Shown here: positions 63,201-64,000 of the stretch, in pieces
Layout: each line of letters opens with the position of its first letter
Position numbering within the stretch: the first letter of the stretch is position 1
From: Auanema rhodensis
Lineage: Eukaryota; Animalia; Nematoda
NCBI GenBank assembly: GCA_964057225.1
Contig: OZ059894.1
Coordinates: 8,928,001 to 8,992,000 of the forward strand
DNA length: 64,000 nucleotides
Reading direction: 5' to 3'
Translations under genes and position numbers: made by a program
The notes under the pieces: model-generated
Told to the model about the DNA's origin: nothing
The model's database searches: none
What the model saw: the letters and a program-made list of their open reading frames with translations, nothing else

Positions 63201-64000
63201 TCTCCATGAACATATTACCATTGACATATCTGCACTATACTTACATATATTTCCTCGAAATAAAAAAAAATGCACCAAGAACGAACGTATTTGATTAAAC
63301 TGATGCTGAATAGACGTCAAAACTGTAATTTACGTAAAATTTAATCTGAAAATCAACATTAAAGAGAAACTGCGTGCGAGAGAAAGAAGGAACCGAAGAA
63401 GCTCTTCGATTATCTCACAGGCTCTGAATACAAACAGCAAAAATGTGCTAAACATTGGAATTTCGTATGAATTTGGATGTTCTTTCCAGTCTTATTTTAT
63501 AAATATTAAAAGCTATGAAAACTTATTCTTAGTGACATAAAAAAAATACAAAAAAAAAGCTTCGGAAAGAATAAGCAGAACATGCTTGAAGTTGAAGCAA
63601 CGTCAGTTACTTACATATGTTCACATTATATTTTTGTTGATGATGTCAACATACCAATAACATCCAAATATTTGAAATTCACTACATTTAAAATATTTAC
63701 TTTGTTTCTTTGTTTCTTTTCTATTGTTTTTCTATTCTCATTTATTCTACTTTGAATCTATTTTTACCACGACTATTGATTATGACATTGATGCCACAGA
63801 AGAAAAGCTTTGCTTGTCTTTATTAATCCCCGAGGTTTCATTACCGATTAATCAGCTTATTATCTTTGAGAAGAATCACAGAAAGAGCAAAATGTTCTAA
63901 CATATAGACAAACTTGTCCTTTTCCTTACATATTTTCCTCAAAGTATAGTCCTTGAAGATGTTTCTGCTTGCATAGTTTGCTATCTCATTACCTTAGTTA

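Noticed and set aside
1-64000. Prokaryotic systems (CRISPR arrays, IS elements, defence operons)
   Set aside because: The sequence is intron-rich nematode DNA; no regularly spaced direct repeats or transposase ORFs were seen.

Overview
AT-rich eukaryotic genomic DNA from a nematode, most likely a compact rhabditid: many ~45-nt GT-AG introns with TTTCAG-like acceptors, so the ORF track shows only exon fragments. Hand-splicing gives about 14 protein-coding genes. In order: ABCD4/pmp-3-like (truncated at the left edge, head-to-head with RFC1), a TTBK/CK1 kinase, a stand-alone secreted hemopexin-domain protein, an uncharacterised gene, an ODR-2/HOT-like Ly6 protein, a secreted Pro/Cys/Tyr-rich protein, a secreted EEP-family enzyme with an antisense tRNA-Met(CAT) in one intron, a small Ly6 protein, a calcitonin/DH31-like neuropeptide precursor, SRP receptor beta and MRPL33 (probable operon), ZIP9, IRF2BP and a cathepsin Z with a long acidic prodomain. 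About 16 kb between the divergent IRF2BP and cathepsin Z genes is non-coding, with GA microsatellites and GC-richer islands. The best candidates for something undescribed are a structured poison-exon/microexon module in the large IRF2BP intron, three candidate structured ncRNAs, an RFC1 with no visible BRCT domain, and furin-type sites in the ZIP9 loop. Exon boundaries were read by eye and may be a few nt off; orthology and synteny statements come from memory, not from a search.
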